From Candidatus Bathyarchaeia archaeon (lineage in GTDB: Archaea; Thermoproteota; Bathyarchaeia; TCS64), in contig JBEKDF010000015.1 of assembly GCA_050014495.1 (NCBI GenBank), positions 1 to 64,000 on the forward strand: 64,000 nucleotides of DNA. Direction: 5' to 3'. The translations under genes were made by a program, and so were the position numbers. Below, in pieces: positions 38,432 through 49,029 of the stretch (within the stretch, counting starts at the first letter, position 1; each line of letters begins with the position of its first letter). The notes under the pieces were generated by a model. That model ran no database searches and was not told the DNA's origin. It worked only from the letters and a program-made list of their open reading frames with translations.

Positions 38432-39011
38432 AAACGCACGCTACAGACTCGCATATAGACGAAGAAGAGAGCAAAAAACCGACTATCAATCTAGGAGAAT
38501 ACTAGCTACATCTGAACAACCAAGGTTCGTAGTACGAGCTTCCAACAAGAACATACTCGCTCAAGTTATCAAAGCCGAGATAATTGGTGACAAAGTGTTA
38601 ACTCAGGTCTCATCCAACGAGCTGATCAGCAAATATGGTTGGCAAGCGAGCGGTAAGAGCATCCCAGCGGGATACCTACTAGGATTAATCGCTGGTCACA
38701 AGGCTATAGAAGCGGGAGTGGAAACCGCTTACCTTGACCTCGGACTTAAAAGGCCCACGAAGGGTTCGAAGGTCTTCGCGGTTGTCAAGGGTGCTATCGA
38801 CGCAGGGTTAAACATCCCATGCGATAGCGACGTCATTCCCTCCCCGGAAAGGATAAACGGCGGAGACATCGCAAAGTACGCAAGTGTCATCGACCCTGAG
38901 GAATACGAGAAATACTTCTCGGTCTATCTTAGGAAGGGTCTTAGACCCGAGTCTCTCCCCGAGCACTTCGAGGAGACCAAGAAAAAGATCCAGAAGGACT
39001 GGGCAAAATGA
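38424..39011 (+). CDS. rpl18: 50S ribosomal protein L18
   Basis: RRRREQKTDY, KGAIDAGL. Confidence 0.96.
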   Translation: MAKNARYRLAYRRRREQKTDYQSRRILATSEQPRFVVRASNKNILAQVIKAEIIGDKVLTQVSSNELISKYGWQASGKSIPAGYLLGLIAGHKAIEAGVETAYLDLGLKRPTKGSKVFAVVKGAIDAGLNIPCDSDVIPSPERINGGDIAKYASVIDPEEYEKYFSVYLRKGLRPESLPEHFEETKKKIQKDWAK

Positions 39012-39652
39012 GTAGACAATACGATAGGGAAGGCCCATCGTTAGAGGATTGGGTTCCCCGTACACAGCTTGGTAGAATGGTCAAAGAGGGCCAGATTACC
39101 TCCTTACAGGATATATTCCGTGAAGGGTACAAGATCAGGGAAGTCGAAGTCATAGACTTTCTAGTTCAAGACCTAAAAGATGAGGTAATAGACATCGCGC
39201 TTGTTCAGAAGCAGACAGATGCTGGCGAGAACTCTAGGTTCCGTGCAGTTGTTGCGGTTGGCAATGGCAACGGTCTGATCGGTTTGGGAACGGGAAAGGC
39301 GAAGCGCGTTCGAAATGCTATTGAGAAGGGAATAAGGACGGCGAAACTAAATCTCTACCCAATTAAGAGAGGCTGTGGAAGCTGGGAATGCGGCTGCGGC
39401 GAAAACCATTCATTACCCTTCCGCGTAAGTGGTAAAGCGGGGAGCGTAGTTCTAACATTATTACCTGGGCCTCAGGGACTCGGCCTAGTCGTCGGCGACA
39501 CCGCGAAGGTCGTCCTCCAGCTAGCTGGCGTCAAAGACTGTTGGTCAAAGGCAACAGGAACTACAACAACGACTACATCATTTGCATTTGCGACATTCGA
39601 GGCATTGAAGCAAACAAGCAAAATTATGACCCCACAGGAGTGGACTATGTAA
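39008..39652 (+). CDS. rps5: 30S ribosomal protein S5
   Basis: WVPRTQLG, QKQTDAG, RGCGSWECGC. Confidence 0.97.
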   Translation: MSRQYDREGPSLEDWVPRTQLGRMVKEGQITSLQDIFREGYKIREVEVIDFLVQDLKDEVIDIALVQKQTDAGENSRFRAVVAVGNGNGLIGLGTGKAKRVRNAIEKGIRTAKLNLYPIKRGCGSWECGCGENHSLPFRVSGKAGSVVLTLLPGPQGLGLVVGDTAKVVLQLAGVKDCWSKATGTTTTTTSFAFATFEALKQTSKIMTPQEWTM

Positions 39653-39654
39653 TT

Positions 39655-40128
39655 ATGGCGATTAAAACGCTCTTTGTCGTTCGAATAAGGGGCGGTGTCG
39701 ACGCTCAAAAAACCGTCGAAGCTACCCTCACGATGCTACGGATGGAAAGAAACAACTACGCCACTATTATCAGGGAGAGTTCCTCCTATACGGGAATGCT
39801 AAGAAAGGCTAAAGACTACATCACTTGGGGTGAACCCGACATGGAGACCATTAAAATTCTCCTCGAAAAGAGGGGTAAGAGAGTAGGTGATGAAAAAGTA
39901 ACCGAAGAATCTCTCAAAGAGCTGGGCTATGACAATCTCGACAAACTCGCAAACGCAATCGTCTCTGGTGAAGTTGAGTTCAGCCATCTGAAAGGTATTA
40001 AACCCTTCTTCAGAATGCACCCCCCAAAGAAGGGCTTCAAAAGGACTGTCAAGCGTCCATATAACGACCATGGTGAGCTAGGCTACAGGGGAGAGGCCAT
40101 AAACGAGCTCATCAAGAGAATGTGCTAA
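39655..40128 (+). CDS. rpl30: 50S ribosomal protein L30
   Basis: VRIRG, KDYITWGE, HPPKKG. Confidence 0.96.
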   Translation: MAIKTLFVVRIRGGVDAQKTVEATLTMLRMERNNYATIIRESSSYTGMLRKAKDYITWGEPDMETIKILLEKRGKRVGDEKVTEESLKELGYDNLDKLANAIVSGEVEFSHLKGIKPFFRMHPPKKGFKRTVKRPYNDHGELGYRGEAINELIKRMC

Positions 40129-40138
40129 AGGAGAATAG

Positions 40139-40573
40139 GTGAAACATATGCCTCACGATCTGAGAAGAACACGCAGATACCGCGGATCGAGATACTGCGG
40201 ATGGGGCCAGGTCGGCCAGCACCGCAAGTCCGGTAGCCGAGGAGGAAAAGGCTTCGCCGGAGGCCATAAACATTTCTGGATCCAAACCGTGAAATTTAAC
40301 CCAAACAGATATAGACGCATCGGCTTCGTTCCACCCTCATCACTTAAACCGCTACCTGCGACGATAAATATCGGGGAACTAGAGGACCTCGCGGTGAAGC
40401 TCCTAGGTACAGAAGCTATGAAAAGTGGAATGGAACTTGACCTAGCTGAGGTTGGAATAGGCAAGCTTCTCGGAAGGGGAAGCATATCAATAGCATTAAA
40501 GGTCCGAGTTGAATCCGCCTCCGCGAACGCTAAAAGTAAACTAGAGGAAGCCGGCGGCTCTATAGTAGAGTGA
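40139..40573 (+). CDS. rpl15: 50S ribosomal protein L15
   Basis: RGSRYCGWG, GSRGGKG, KLLGRG. Confidence 0.96.
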   Translation: MKHMPHDLRRTRRYRGSRYCGWGQVGQHRKSGSRGGKGFAGGHKHFWIQTVKFNPNRYRRIGFVPPSSLKPLPATINIGELEDLAVKLLGTEAMKSGMELDLAEVGIGKLLGRGSISIALKVRVESASANAKSKLEEAGGSIVE

Positions 40574-41988
40574 TAGCTTTGCGCTTCCTCGAGCTCTTTA
40601 AACCCATCTCCCGGGTCATACCGGAGGTTAAGCCACCGGAGAGGAAGGTTAGCTTCCAAAATAGGCTCATCTGGACACTCCTGGCTCTACTTATCTATTT
40701 CATAATGTCAGAGATCCCTCTCTATGGTATTCCCTTAACAACGTCAGGTGACACCTTCACGGCATATAGGGTCATCTTCGCCTCCGCGAAGGGAACTCTC
40801 ATGGAGCTCGGAATAGGCCCAATTGTCACCGCTGGACTAATAATTCAGCTACTCGCCGGTTCAGACATAATATCATTCGATAGAAGCAGTGCAGAGGACC
40901 GAGGACTATTCACGACCGCGAGCAAATTCTTCTCAATAGTCATGATCATAATTCAGGCTTCATTATACATCGTCAGTGGCCAGTATGGCTCAGTTACCTT
41001 AACCAAGGCACTTCTGATATTCGCACAACTTCTCTTTGCAGGTCTGATAATAATGATGCTCGACGAGCTGGTGCAAAAGGGTTGGGGTATCGGTAGCGGA
41101 ATTAGTCTCTTTATCGTTGGGGGTATCACAGCGAACATTTGGTGGATGAGCTTCAGTTTCATAAACTACGATGGTAGGGCATATGGCGCTATAATTGCAT
41201 TCTTCCAAGGGATCTGGACTAAATTACCTATTTATAGCTGGTTCTTCCGTTCAAATGGAGCTCCCGATATGATCGGGTTCTTCACAACAATAGCTGTTTT
41301 CCTCGTCGTTATATACATGGAGGGTATGCGTGTTGAGTTGCCCATCAGCCATAGTCAATACAGAGGCTATCGTGGCAGAATGCCCATTAAACTTCTATAT
41401 GTATCAAACATTCCAGTAATACTCGCATATGCTCTCTTCGCAAACTTCCAAATGGTTGGTCAGTTCGTCTGGAGCAAATGGAACCCTGCAAGCGATAATA
41501 ACTGGCTCAGTTGGCTCGGAACTTATACCTATTCATCAAGTGGCCAACCCGTTGTGAACAGCGGATTAGTCTACTATATTACTTCACCAGGCCACCTCCA
41601 AGGGGTTTTTAATGACCCGATCCGAGCCTTGGTCTATGCATTAATTGTCATATTTTTCTGCATAATATTCAGTATGACCTGGCTTGAAATAGGCGGGTTA
41701 GGAGCCGAGGACATGGCAGACCAGCTTCTAGAGTCAGGCATGCAGGTTCCTGGTTTCAGGAGGAATAAGCAGCCTATAGTGACTTTACTGAATAGGTATA
41801 TCCCAACAATCACTATAATTGGTGGAGCTATTGTGGGGGCACTTGCGGCGATATCTGATTTCTTTGGAGTGTTTGGAAGTGGAATGGGTGCCTTATTAGC
41901 AGTCAGCATCCTGTACCAGTACTATCAGACAATGGTGCAGGAACAGATTGCAGATCTATACCCCTTCCTGCGTGGAACCTTCGAGTAA
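40570..41988 (+). CDS. secY: Preprotein translocase subunit SecY
   Basis: GTLMELGIGPIVTAG, KGWGIGSGISLFI, YVSNIP. Confidence 0.98.
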   Translation: MIALRFLELFKPISRVIPEVKPPERKVSFQNRLIWTLLALLIYFIMSEIPLYGIPLTTSGDTFTAYRVIFASAKGTLMELGIGPIVTAGLIIQLLAGSDIISFDRSSAEDRGLFTTASKFFSIVMIIIQASLYIVSGQYGSVTLTKALLIFAQLLFAGLIIMMLDELVQKGWGIGSGISLFIVGGITANIWWMSFSFINYDGRAYGAIIAFFQGIWTKLPIYSWFFRSNGAPDMIGFFTTIAVFLVVIYMEGMRVELPISHSQYRGYRGRMPIKLLYVSNIPVILAYALFANFQMVGQFVWSKWNPASDNNWLSWLGTYTYSSSGQPVVNSGLVYYITSPGHLQGVFNDPIRALVYALIVIFFCIIFSMTWLEIGGLGAEDMADQLLESGMQVPGFRRNKQPIVTLLNRYIPTITIIGGAIVGALAAISDFFGVFGSGMGALLAVSILYQYYQTMVQEQIADLYPFLRGTFE

Positions 41989-42271
41989 ATCGGGATCCTA
42001 AATCTTTTTTTCTTAATAATAATTTTTTTTTATTGATTTTTAATTATTAATTTGTCATACTAGAATAAATATTAACTATTCAAGTTTGGTATTTAATATT
42101 GAAAAAAAGTGGGAGAAGACTTTTATTACTATTTTTTTTAACGGATAACAGCAAGAAAAACCGGAATACGTGCGATTGAGACCGTATAAAAAGCATACGG
42201 GAAAAGTATATTAACTATAGGTAAACACGGAACCTTTTTCAGGTTATTACCTCGATATAGGCTCGTTCAAA

Positions 42272-43564
42272 ATGTACCAGCCACCACGAGGTACCCGTGA
42301 TTTCCTTCCTGATGAGATGTACAAGAGGAACTGGGTGCTTGACCAGATACGCGAGGTCTATGAATCCTACGGCTTTGAACCTTTAGGAACTCCAGCTTTT
42401 GAGAGTTGGGAACTCCTCAAATTGAAGAGCGGAGAGGACGTAATTAACCAGATTTATTACTTTAAAGATAAAGCCGACAGAGAACTCGGGCTTAGGTTTG
42501 ATCTTACAACGAGCTTAGCACGTGTGGTGGCTGTGCATCGCGAGCTTCAGATGCCATTCAAGAGATATGCGATGGGTACTGTCTGGAGATACGAGAATCC
42601 AAGTGAGAAACGTTTCAGAGAGTTCTGGCAGGCTGACGCAGACACAGTAGGAGTGAGTGACTCTATAGCTGATGCAGAAGTCCTTTCGGTTGCAGTGGAT
42701 TGTCTAAAGAAGATGGGATTTTCTGGTTTTGTGATTAAGCTCAATGATAGGCGAATACTCGAAGCGTTCATCAAGCAAGCTGGGATACCACAAGATCGTG
42801 TGTTGGATGCAATCAGAGCTGTAGATAAACTTTTGAAAGTAGGAAAGGAGGGGGTTATCAAAGAACTCATAAAAATGTCTATACAGGAGGAGTCTGCAAT
42901 GTGGCTCTTAGATTCGCTATCACTAACTGGCACACCCAACAATGTTCTCGTAGAGACCGAAAAGAAACTTATGGATTCTCAAGCGGGGCTGAAGGGATTG
43001 AAAGCTTTAAAAGATTTAGTTGAGTACGCCAAGTCATTTGACTACAATAAATATATCGATATTGAGCTCAGCCTCGCTAGAGGTCTAGACTACTATACAG
43101 GACCGGTTTTTGAGGTTCTTGCTAAGGGTTATGAGGACTATGGAAGTATAGCTGGAGGGGGCAGATATGATGGTATCATCAACCTTTTGGGAGGTGAAAA
43201 TACACCTGCCACAGGGATATCCTTTGGCATCGATCGGCTCGTCCCGTTAATTGAAATGAAGGGGGGCTTCAACGACATTGAACTTGGAGTAGATGTGTTA
43301 GTCGCTCCAATTTCAGCTGTTGTGAAAGGTGAAGCAATTAAAGTTGCCCAAGAACTGAGGGCAGTTGGTATCTCCACTATAATCGACCTACTAGGTAGAA
43401 GTTTCTCTAAACAGTTAGAATATGCGAATAAGAAGGGTGTCAGAAAAGTTGTGATAGTCGGCAAGCAGGAACTTGAAGAGGGTTGTTTAACAATAAAGGA
43501 CATGAAAACAGGGGATCAGCTTAAGGTTAAGCGTTCTCGTTTACTCGAGATCATCAAATCCTAG
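42272..43564 (+). CDS. hisS: Histidine--tRNA ligase
   Basis: PRGTRDF, RGLDYYTG, GGGRYD. Confidence 0.97.
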   Translation: MYQPPRGTRDFLPDEMYKRNWVLDQIREVYESYGFEPLGTPAFESWELLKLKSGEDVINQIYYFKDKADRELGLRFDLTTSLARVVAVHRELQMPFKRYAMGTVWRYENPSEKRFREFWQADADTVGVSDSIADAEVLSVAVDCLKKMGFSGFVIKLNDRRILEAFIKQAGIPQDRVLDAIRAVDKLLKVGKEGVIKELIKMSIQEESAMWLLDSLSLTGTPNNVLVETEKKLMDSQAGLKGLKALKDLVEYAKSFDYNKYIDIELSLARGLDYYTGPVFEVLAKGYEDYGSIAGGGRYDGIINLLGGENTPATGISFGIDRLVPLIEMKGGFNDIELGVDVLVAPISAVVKGEAIKVAQELRAVGISTIIDLLGRSFSKQLEYANKKGVRKVVIVGKQELEEGCLTIKDMKTGDQLKVKRSRLLEIIKS

Positions 43565-44092
43565 TCTATCAGTTCCAAGCTTATTCAGGCTATAATATAC
43601 GAGTTCTCCCCTCCTATCTATCACAGCAAGTTTTAGCGTCCTTCCTGAGTTCTTCACACTGACGAGTATTTCTTCAATGTGACCTAGGTTCTCCGACACT
43701 CCCTCGACAAGAGTATATAATTCATAGCTTGGGGCTTTCTTAGGATAAGCGCCACGTTCATAGACCCTAAAAGAAACTCTATTCTTCGATGTTGATTTCG
43801 CTACGAAACCTCTACCTCGAATGTCCTTATAAATGATATACCTAGTCCATAACAGAATATCTGCTATTAGCTCTCGACTGAGGATCTCTTGAAATGAGAG
43901 AATTCGTTTTTCTTTTTCTTCTATAATTGTGAGACGTTCTTTCTCTACTAAATAAAGGGCTTCATATGGTTCTAAGATATAACGCCTCTTCTCGCTAATA
44001 TGCCCATAACCGTCTTGTAAGAGACTATCTGCCTCTCCAATCGAAGGAACTAGTATTGTCGAGTTGTCATAGACGGCATTTGCCTGTTGCAT
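43541..44092 (-). CDS. endA: tRNA splicing endonuclease subunit (possibly non-catalytic)
   Basis: EALYLVE, YKDIRGRGF, FRVYERG, AVIDRRGELVYY. Confidence 0.8.
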   Translation of the reverse strand: MQQANAVYDNSTILVPSIGEADSLLQDGYGHISEKRRYILEPYEALYLVEKERLTIIEEKEKRILSFQEILSRELIADILLWTRYIIYKDIRGRGFVAKSTSKNRVSFRVYERGAYPKKAPSYELYTLVEGVSENLGHIEEILVSVKNSGRTLKLAVIDRRGELVYYSLNKLGTDRLGFDDLE

Positions 44093-44224
44093 GAAAGTAG
44101 ATTGTATTTTATGTGAATAAATGCTTATCACATTATTTTTTAGGAAAAGTTCCTTCTATTTACTCTAGCTTATACAGTGTTAAAAGTGATCTAAAAAACA
44201 AAACTATGCTTTAATTAACAAGAA

Positions 44225-44581
44225 TTACTGCTCAGTTTTTTTTCTAATTTCCCATCGACTATCTCTACCTTCTCTTATCCAAGAACCTCCCAATGAGCGC
44301 ATGGTATCATTTATTGGTCCCCATAAATCACCAAGGAACTTTTTTGGGCTCACTAGAATTGCTTCCTCTCCATCCTCTATATTTAGAAGGCTTATATCAA
44401 TGCCTGCAGTTTTCAACTTCTCTTCAAAACTGGAGGGAGGCCAACTCTCAGTTTCTTCCTCTTTTTCCGCTTCTACATGTTTAGCTACGTTTGTAGACTT
44501 TCCGACAGAGAGAATTATTCCTATCTTGGAACCGCAGTCTGGACATGTGAGCCAAATGACTTTGGATTCTTTATCACTCAT
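44225..44581 (-). CDS. Hypothetical protein with N-terminal CPDC knuckle
   Basis: LTCPDCG; C-terminal LGGSWIREG. Confidence 0.65.
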   Translation of the reverse strand: MSDKESKVIWLTCPDCGSKIGIILSVGKSTNVAKHVEAEKEEETESWPPSSFEEKLKTAGIDISLLNIEDGEEAILVSPKKFLGDLWGPINDTMRSLGGSWIREGRDSRWEIRKKTEQ

Positions 44582-45164
44582 TGGAGGGGCCACCAGGTGT
44601 GGTTTACAATCAATTGGATTATTAAAGCTCTCTACCAATTTGTATAGGAATACTGGAAGCTGAGAAAAATTATTATAAGATATATTACTATTCTTATTCG
44701 GAGGGTTCGTTTGAGCACTCAGGTCCAAGAGTTTAGTTGTCCTTATTGTCCTAGGAAGTCAGCAAGTCCGGGTGGTGTAAGATTTCATGTTAAGCTTACA
44801 CACCCAGAAAAGCTGGAAGAATTTAATGCAGTCTATCTCCCTAAACTGGTCTCTCAGTTTAAAGAGATAAATCCTGAGACCTAATAGATTATCTCCTATC
44901 CGTTTTTTTATACACTCTTGGATAGATTTTATGGCTCTAATCTTGAAGGTATACATTTTATAAGGCCTAAGCAAGTGTCACCGATCTAGGCCCGATCATC
45001 GTATACTTTTTTCTACGACATGCAAGTTTGATGAAAGATGAACGTGGCCTAACTAGGTGGATCAGTTAATCGAAGCGAGACATTGGCCAAGAATCGTGTC
45101 CATGGCGTTTTTCACCCTTAGCCAACGATTTTTAACCTCCGTTGACGACCTTTATTCGATTTCA

Positions 45165-45890
45165 ATGAAGCTGACCGATTCCGTTTATCTCGTTGGGGGC
45201 TCTGCCTATGGTTTGTCTGCAGCGGGAGACTGCAACGTCTACCTAATCGATTGCGGAGGAGAGTCTGTGCTCATCGATGCCGGTGGCGATCTCGGCGTAA
45301 AGAGGATCTTGGCGAATGTGAAAGGAGACAGTTTCGATCCAAAGGCTATTAAGATCTCTATCTTGACTCACTGCCACTTCGACCACATCGGTGGTGCAAA
45401 CGAACTCCAGGAGCTTACAGGCTGTAAACTGGTCGCTCATCAAGATGATTCGAACTCCATAACAAACCTTGATGAGTGCGTCCTCGTGGAAATGTCAAAG
45501 GCCAGTGGAATTAAGTTCAAAGCGCCGAAGCTAGATGGAGTGCTTAAGAATAATGATCGCATAAACGTGGGGGAAGCTTGCCTCGACATCCTTCACACAC
45601 CTGGGCATACTCCCGGTTGTATCTCGGTGAGCATGACGGAGAAAGATGAGCAAAAGGCGATCTTCACGGGTGACATCGCCTCTACAACAGGACGGCTCGG
45701 GTTCATCAACGGTCCGGGATTTGATCTCGCGGCATGGAAGGCAAGCCTAAAACGATTGATCGCTGAATTCCCAGATCGGGTATACCCCGGCCACGGCACC
45801 TTCATGCTAAGTAGAGCCACTGAAGATCTGAAACTCACTGACCTGAAGATGAACTCCCCCTGGACAACGATAGTGACAAGCGTGGATTAA
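45165..45890 (+). CDS. Metallo-beta-lactamase fold hydrolase
   Basis: THCHFDH, TPGHTPG, PGHG. Confidence 0.92.
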   Translation: MKLTDSVYLVGGSAYGLSAAGDCNVYLIDCGGESVLIDAGGDLGVKRILANVKGDSFDPKAIKISILTHCHFDHIGGANELQELTGCKLVAHQDDSNSITNLDECVLVEMSKASGIKFKAPKLDGVLKNNDRINVGEACLDILHTPGHTPGCISVSMTEKDEQKAIFTGDIASTTGRLGFINGPGFDLAAWKASLKRLIAEFPDRVYPGHGTFMLSRATEDLKLTDLKMNSPWTTIVTSVD

Positions 45891-45892
45891 CC

Positions 45893-46672
45893 TTGGAAAA
45901 GGCAATGAAGCAAACCATCCTCGAGGCGCCCTCTCTCGAAGACGCACTATCCACCGTGAAGTCAGGGATATCTCACAAGAAACTGGTGATCCTAGCAGGA
46001 AATTGCAGTGTAAAGTACGAGGGGAGGGCCAGCTCAAGCCTCGGACAAGGAGAACGACTGATTATATTCAAATCGGATGGCTCAGCCTTAATTCACCGAC
46101 CCAAAGACTGTTCCCCGGTAAACTGGCAACCCCCAGGCAGCCTTTTCCAGACGAAACTTCAGAACGAAAAGCTTGTCATACGCGTTTATCGGAAGAAGGA
46201 TCACGAGGTCATGGAGATCACTTTCACCGACTTGAAGTTGCTTTCAATACTTGACCTGAAAGATTCTGGTGAGTTCAACCTATACGCAACTGAGAGCGAC
46301 ATGCAGAAGGCGATCTTGACTCAGCCATCCCTGATCGAGGAGTGCTTCAGGCCGATTACAAGCGAGAAACCAGTTGATCCCGGATTTATAGACGTGCTAG
46401 GCATGGACAAAGACAATGTACTGACGGTCGTGGAGATAAAGAGGGTCAAGGCAACTAAGAAGGCAGTGCTCCAACTGAAGAAGTACATGGATGTCATAAA
46501 CCTCGATTCAAACAGGAAAGTTCGTGCCATCCTCGTCGCCCCCGCTTTAGCAGATGGGTCGCAGGAGGTCTTAGCTTCGTTGGGTTACGAGTTCAAGGCT
46601 CTATCCCCACAATATTGTGCCGAGGTCTTGAAGCTGAGGGGCAGCAAGCGGATAATCGAATATTTCAAATAA
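45893..46672 (+). CDS. nucS: Endonuclease NucS/EndoMS
   Basis: YEGRA, PVNWQPPG, IDVL..VEIKR, QLKKY. Confidence 0.95.
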   Translation: MEKAMKQTILEAPSLEDALSTVKSGISHKKLVILAGNCSVKYEGRASSSLGQGERLIIFKSDGSALIHRPKDCSPVNWQPPGSLFQTKLQNEKLVIRVYRKKDHEVMEITFTDLKLLSILDLKDSGEFNLYATESDMQKAILTQPSLIEECFRPITSEKPVDPGFIDVLGMDKDNVLTVVEIKRVKATKKAVLQLKKYMDVINLDSNRKVRAILVAPALADGSQEVLASLGYEFKALSPQYCAEVLKLRGSKRIIEYFK

Positions 46673-46714
46673 ATATTAATTTACGTCTATAATATCTGAG
46701 ATAAAAAATGAAGT

Positions 46715-47911
46715 TTACCCGATTATCTTAAGTTCTCGTCCTATCGTCTCGAGTTTTGATATCACATCATCCAGTTGTTCTTTGTTTAGCTTAGCACTCA
46801 TCTGGACCCTTATTCTCGCTTTATCTCGCGAGACCATGGGGAAGACTATGGGGACTACGAAGATGCTCCTCTCATAGAGTTTATCCGCAAGGATCTTTGC
46901 CATATGGCTTTCCCCAACAATAATCGGAATAATCGGTGTCTGCGACATACCAGTGTTGAAACCTAGATCCTCTACGGCTTTCTTGAAGTATCGTGTGTTC
47001 TCCCATAAGTTCTTGACGTGCTCCGGTTCATTTTCGAGGACGTCGATTGCCGCTATAGTTGAAGCCACTACAGGGGGAGGGTGGGATGAGCTGAGTAACC
47101 AGGTTCGGCTCTTGTTCAAGGCGAACTTTACAAGATCTTCTGAGCCAGAGATGTGGCCTCCTACGGTCCCATAGGCTTTGCTAAAGGTCCCCATCTCGAC
47201 GTTGACTTTCTTATGGTCAAGGTGGAAATAACTCAGGATTCCCCTGCCTCCTTCGCCTAAGACGCCCTCGCCGTGAGCATCATCGACGTACACCATAGCA
47301 CCGTGTTCAGTGCCTAATTTAGCAATTTGATCAAGTTGTGTAATATCTCCATCCATGCTGAAGACACCGTCGGTTATGATCAGAATCCGTCTGTATTTGG
47401 GAACGTGCTTTTCGGCTTCGTTTAGGACGCTGGTTAGATCGTTCATATCATTGTGTTTGTAGACCGCTCTCTCACCTCTGGAAAGACGGATTCCATCGAT
47501 GATGCTGCCGTGGTTGAGCTCGTCACTGATGATCAGATCCTGCTCACCAACGAGCTGGGGGATAAGTCCCGAGTTAGCTTGAAATCCTGTAGGGTAGGTG
47601 AGCGATGCCTCTGATCTCTTGAAATTAGCGAGTCTTCTCTCGAGTTCTATGTGCAGATCCATGGTGCCTGAGATCGCTCTCACTGCCCCTGATCCAACAC
47701 CGTATTTGTGTGTCGCTTGGATAGCGGCCTCCTTGAGTTTTGGATGGGTCGTCAACCCGAGGTAGTTATTGCTGCAGAGTATCAACACCTCTCTGCCGTC
47801 GACAATGGCGACGGGTTCGTTAGGTCCTTGAATTGTCTTCATTCTCCAGTCCAAGGCTTTATCGACTAACTCTTGATACTCCACGGATAGGAATCTGGTT
47901 GGATCTCTCAT
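46715..47911 (-). CDS. kbl: Glycine C-acetyltransferase (2-amino-3-ketobutyrate CoA ligase)
   Basis: SNNYLGL, NHGSIIDG, DGVFSMDG, DDAH, TFSKA; divergent from tdh-like gene. Confidence 0.88.
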   Translation of the reverse strand: MRDPTRFLSVEYQELVDKALDWRMKTIQGPNEPVAIVDGREVLILCSNNYLGLTTHPKLKEAAIQATHKYGVGSGAVRAISGTMDLHIELERRLANFKRSEASLTYPTGFQANSGLIPQLVGEQDLIISDELNHGSIIDGIRLSRGERAVYKHNDMNDLTSVLNEAEKHVPKYRRILIITDGVFSMDGDITQLDQIAKLGTEHGAMVYVDDAHGEGVLGEGGRGILSYFHLDHKKVNVEMGTFSKAYGTVGGHISGSEDLVKFALNKSRTWLLSSSHPPPVVASTIAAIDVLENEPEHVKNLWENTRYFKKAVEDLGFNTGMSQTPIIPIIVGESHMAKILADKLYERSIFVVPIVFPMVSRDKARIRVQMSAKLNKEQLDDVISKLETIGRELKIIG

Positions 47912-48011
47912 AGAGCCTCTACTCTGACTCTATATCCTAATCTTTTACGTTTTCTGGTACATAGAAGATGTTATCTAGATTTAATTGGGGATGATTACTG
48001 AGGGTTTTCTG

Positions 48012-48974
48012 ATGGGTGGCGATATTCGTAGGATTCTCGTAACTGGTGCTTCCGGTCAGATCGGCTCTGAGTTAACCCCGAGGCTTAAGAAGATCTACGG
48101 GAATGAGAACGTGATCGCATCCGATCTGAGAAAGCCGGTGAAAGATGATGGACCCTTCGAATTGCTCGACGTTACCGACATGAAGAAACTCGATGAGATC
48201 GTCGTGCAGCATGAGATAGATTCGATAATTCACCTAGCTGCCCTTCTGTCTGCTTCTGGTGAACAGAGGCCTAACGTTGCATGGCATGTGAATATAGATG
48301 GTTTGTATAATGTCCTCGAGGTAGCGAGGAATCGAAAACTACGGAGAGTGTTTAATCCGAGTTCTATAGCAGTTTTTGGTCCGGAGACCCCGCGGGAGAA
48401 TACTCCGCAGGAGACAGTCACTAAGCCAAGAACTATTTATGGGATAACCAAGATTACGGGTGAGCTTCTGGGGAATTATTATTATCAGAAGTGGGGGGTT
48501 GATGTTCGTGGTGTTAGATTTCCAGGGATAATAAGTAATGTCTCCCCTCCTGGTGGTGGCACAACAGACTACGCCGTTGAGATATTCTACGAAGTGATTA
48601 AGAACAGGAAATATACGTGCTTTTTGAGGCCTGATTCGACTCTACCAATGATGTATATGCCTGATTGTCTTAGAGGTATTGTTGAGCTTCTCGAGGCAGA
48701 TTTATCCCGCTTGATACATCACACCGATTTTAATCTAGGCGCCTTGAGCTTCTCACCTGCTCAGTTGGTAGTCGAGATCAAGCGGCACATACCTGATTTT
48801 GAGGTTGAGTATCGACCTGATTATCGACAGGCGATTGCGGATTCCTGGCCTATCAGCCTCGATGACTCTTCTGCTCGTGAGGAGTGGAGTTGGAGGCCCA
48901 CCTATGATCTTCCCGCGATGGTCAATGATATGCTTGAGATGTTAGGTGAGCGCTATCAAAGGGGAGAATTGTAA
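48012..48974 (+). CDS. L-threonine 3-dehydrogenase (SDR/epimerase type)
   Basis: GASGQIG, YGITK, PGGGTTDYAV, LPMMYMPD. Confidence 0.9.
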   Translation: MGGDIRRILVTGASGQIGSELTPRLKKIYGNENVIASDLRKPVKDDGPFELLDVTDMKKLDEIVVQHEIDSIIHLAALLSASGEQRPNVAWHVNIDGLYNVLEVARNRKLRRVFNPSSIAVFGPETPRENTPQETVTKPRTIYGITKITGELLGNYYYQKWGVDVRGVRFPGIISNVSPPGGGTTDYAVEIFYEVIKNRKYTCFLRPDSTLPMMYMPDCLRGIVELLEADLSRLIHHTDFNLGALSFSPAQLVVEIKRHIPDFEVEYRPDYRQAIADSWPISLDDSSAREEWSWRPTYDLPAMVNDMLEMLGERYQRGEL

Positions 48975-49029
48975 AGAATACGATAAACTCTTTTTTATGT
49001 CTCATAATGATTGAACAATACCTCTGATT

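Noticed and set aside
44759..44974. 71-aa minus-strand ORF
   Set aside because: No recognisable motif or clear expression signal; cannot be supported.
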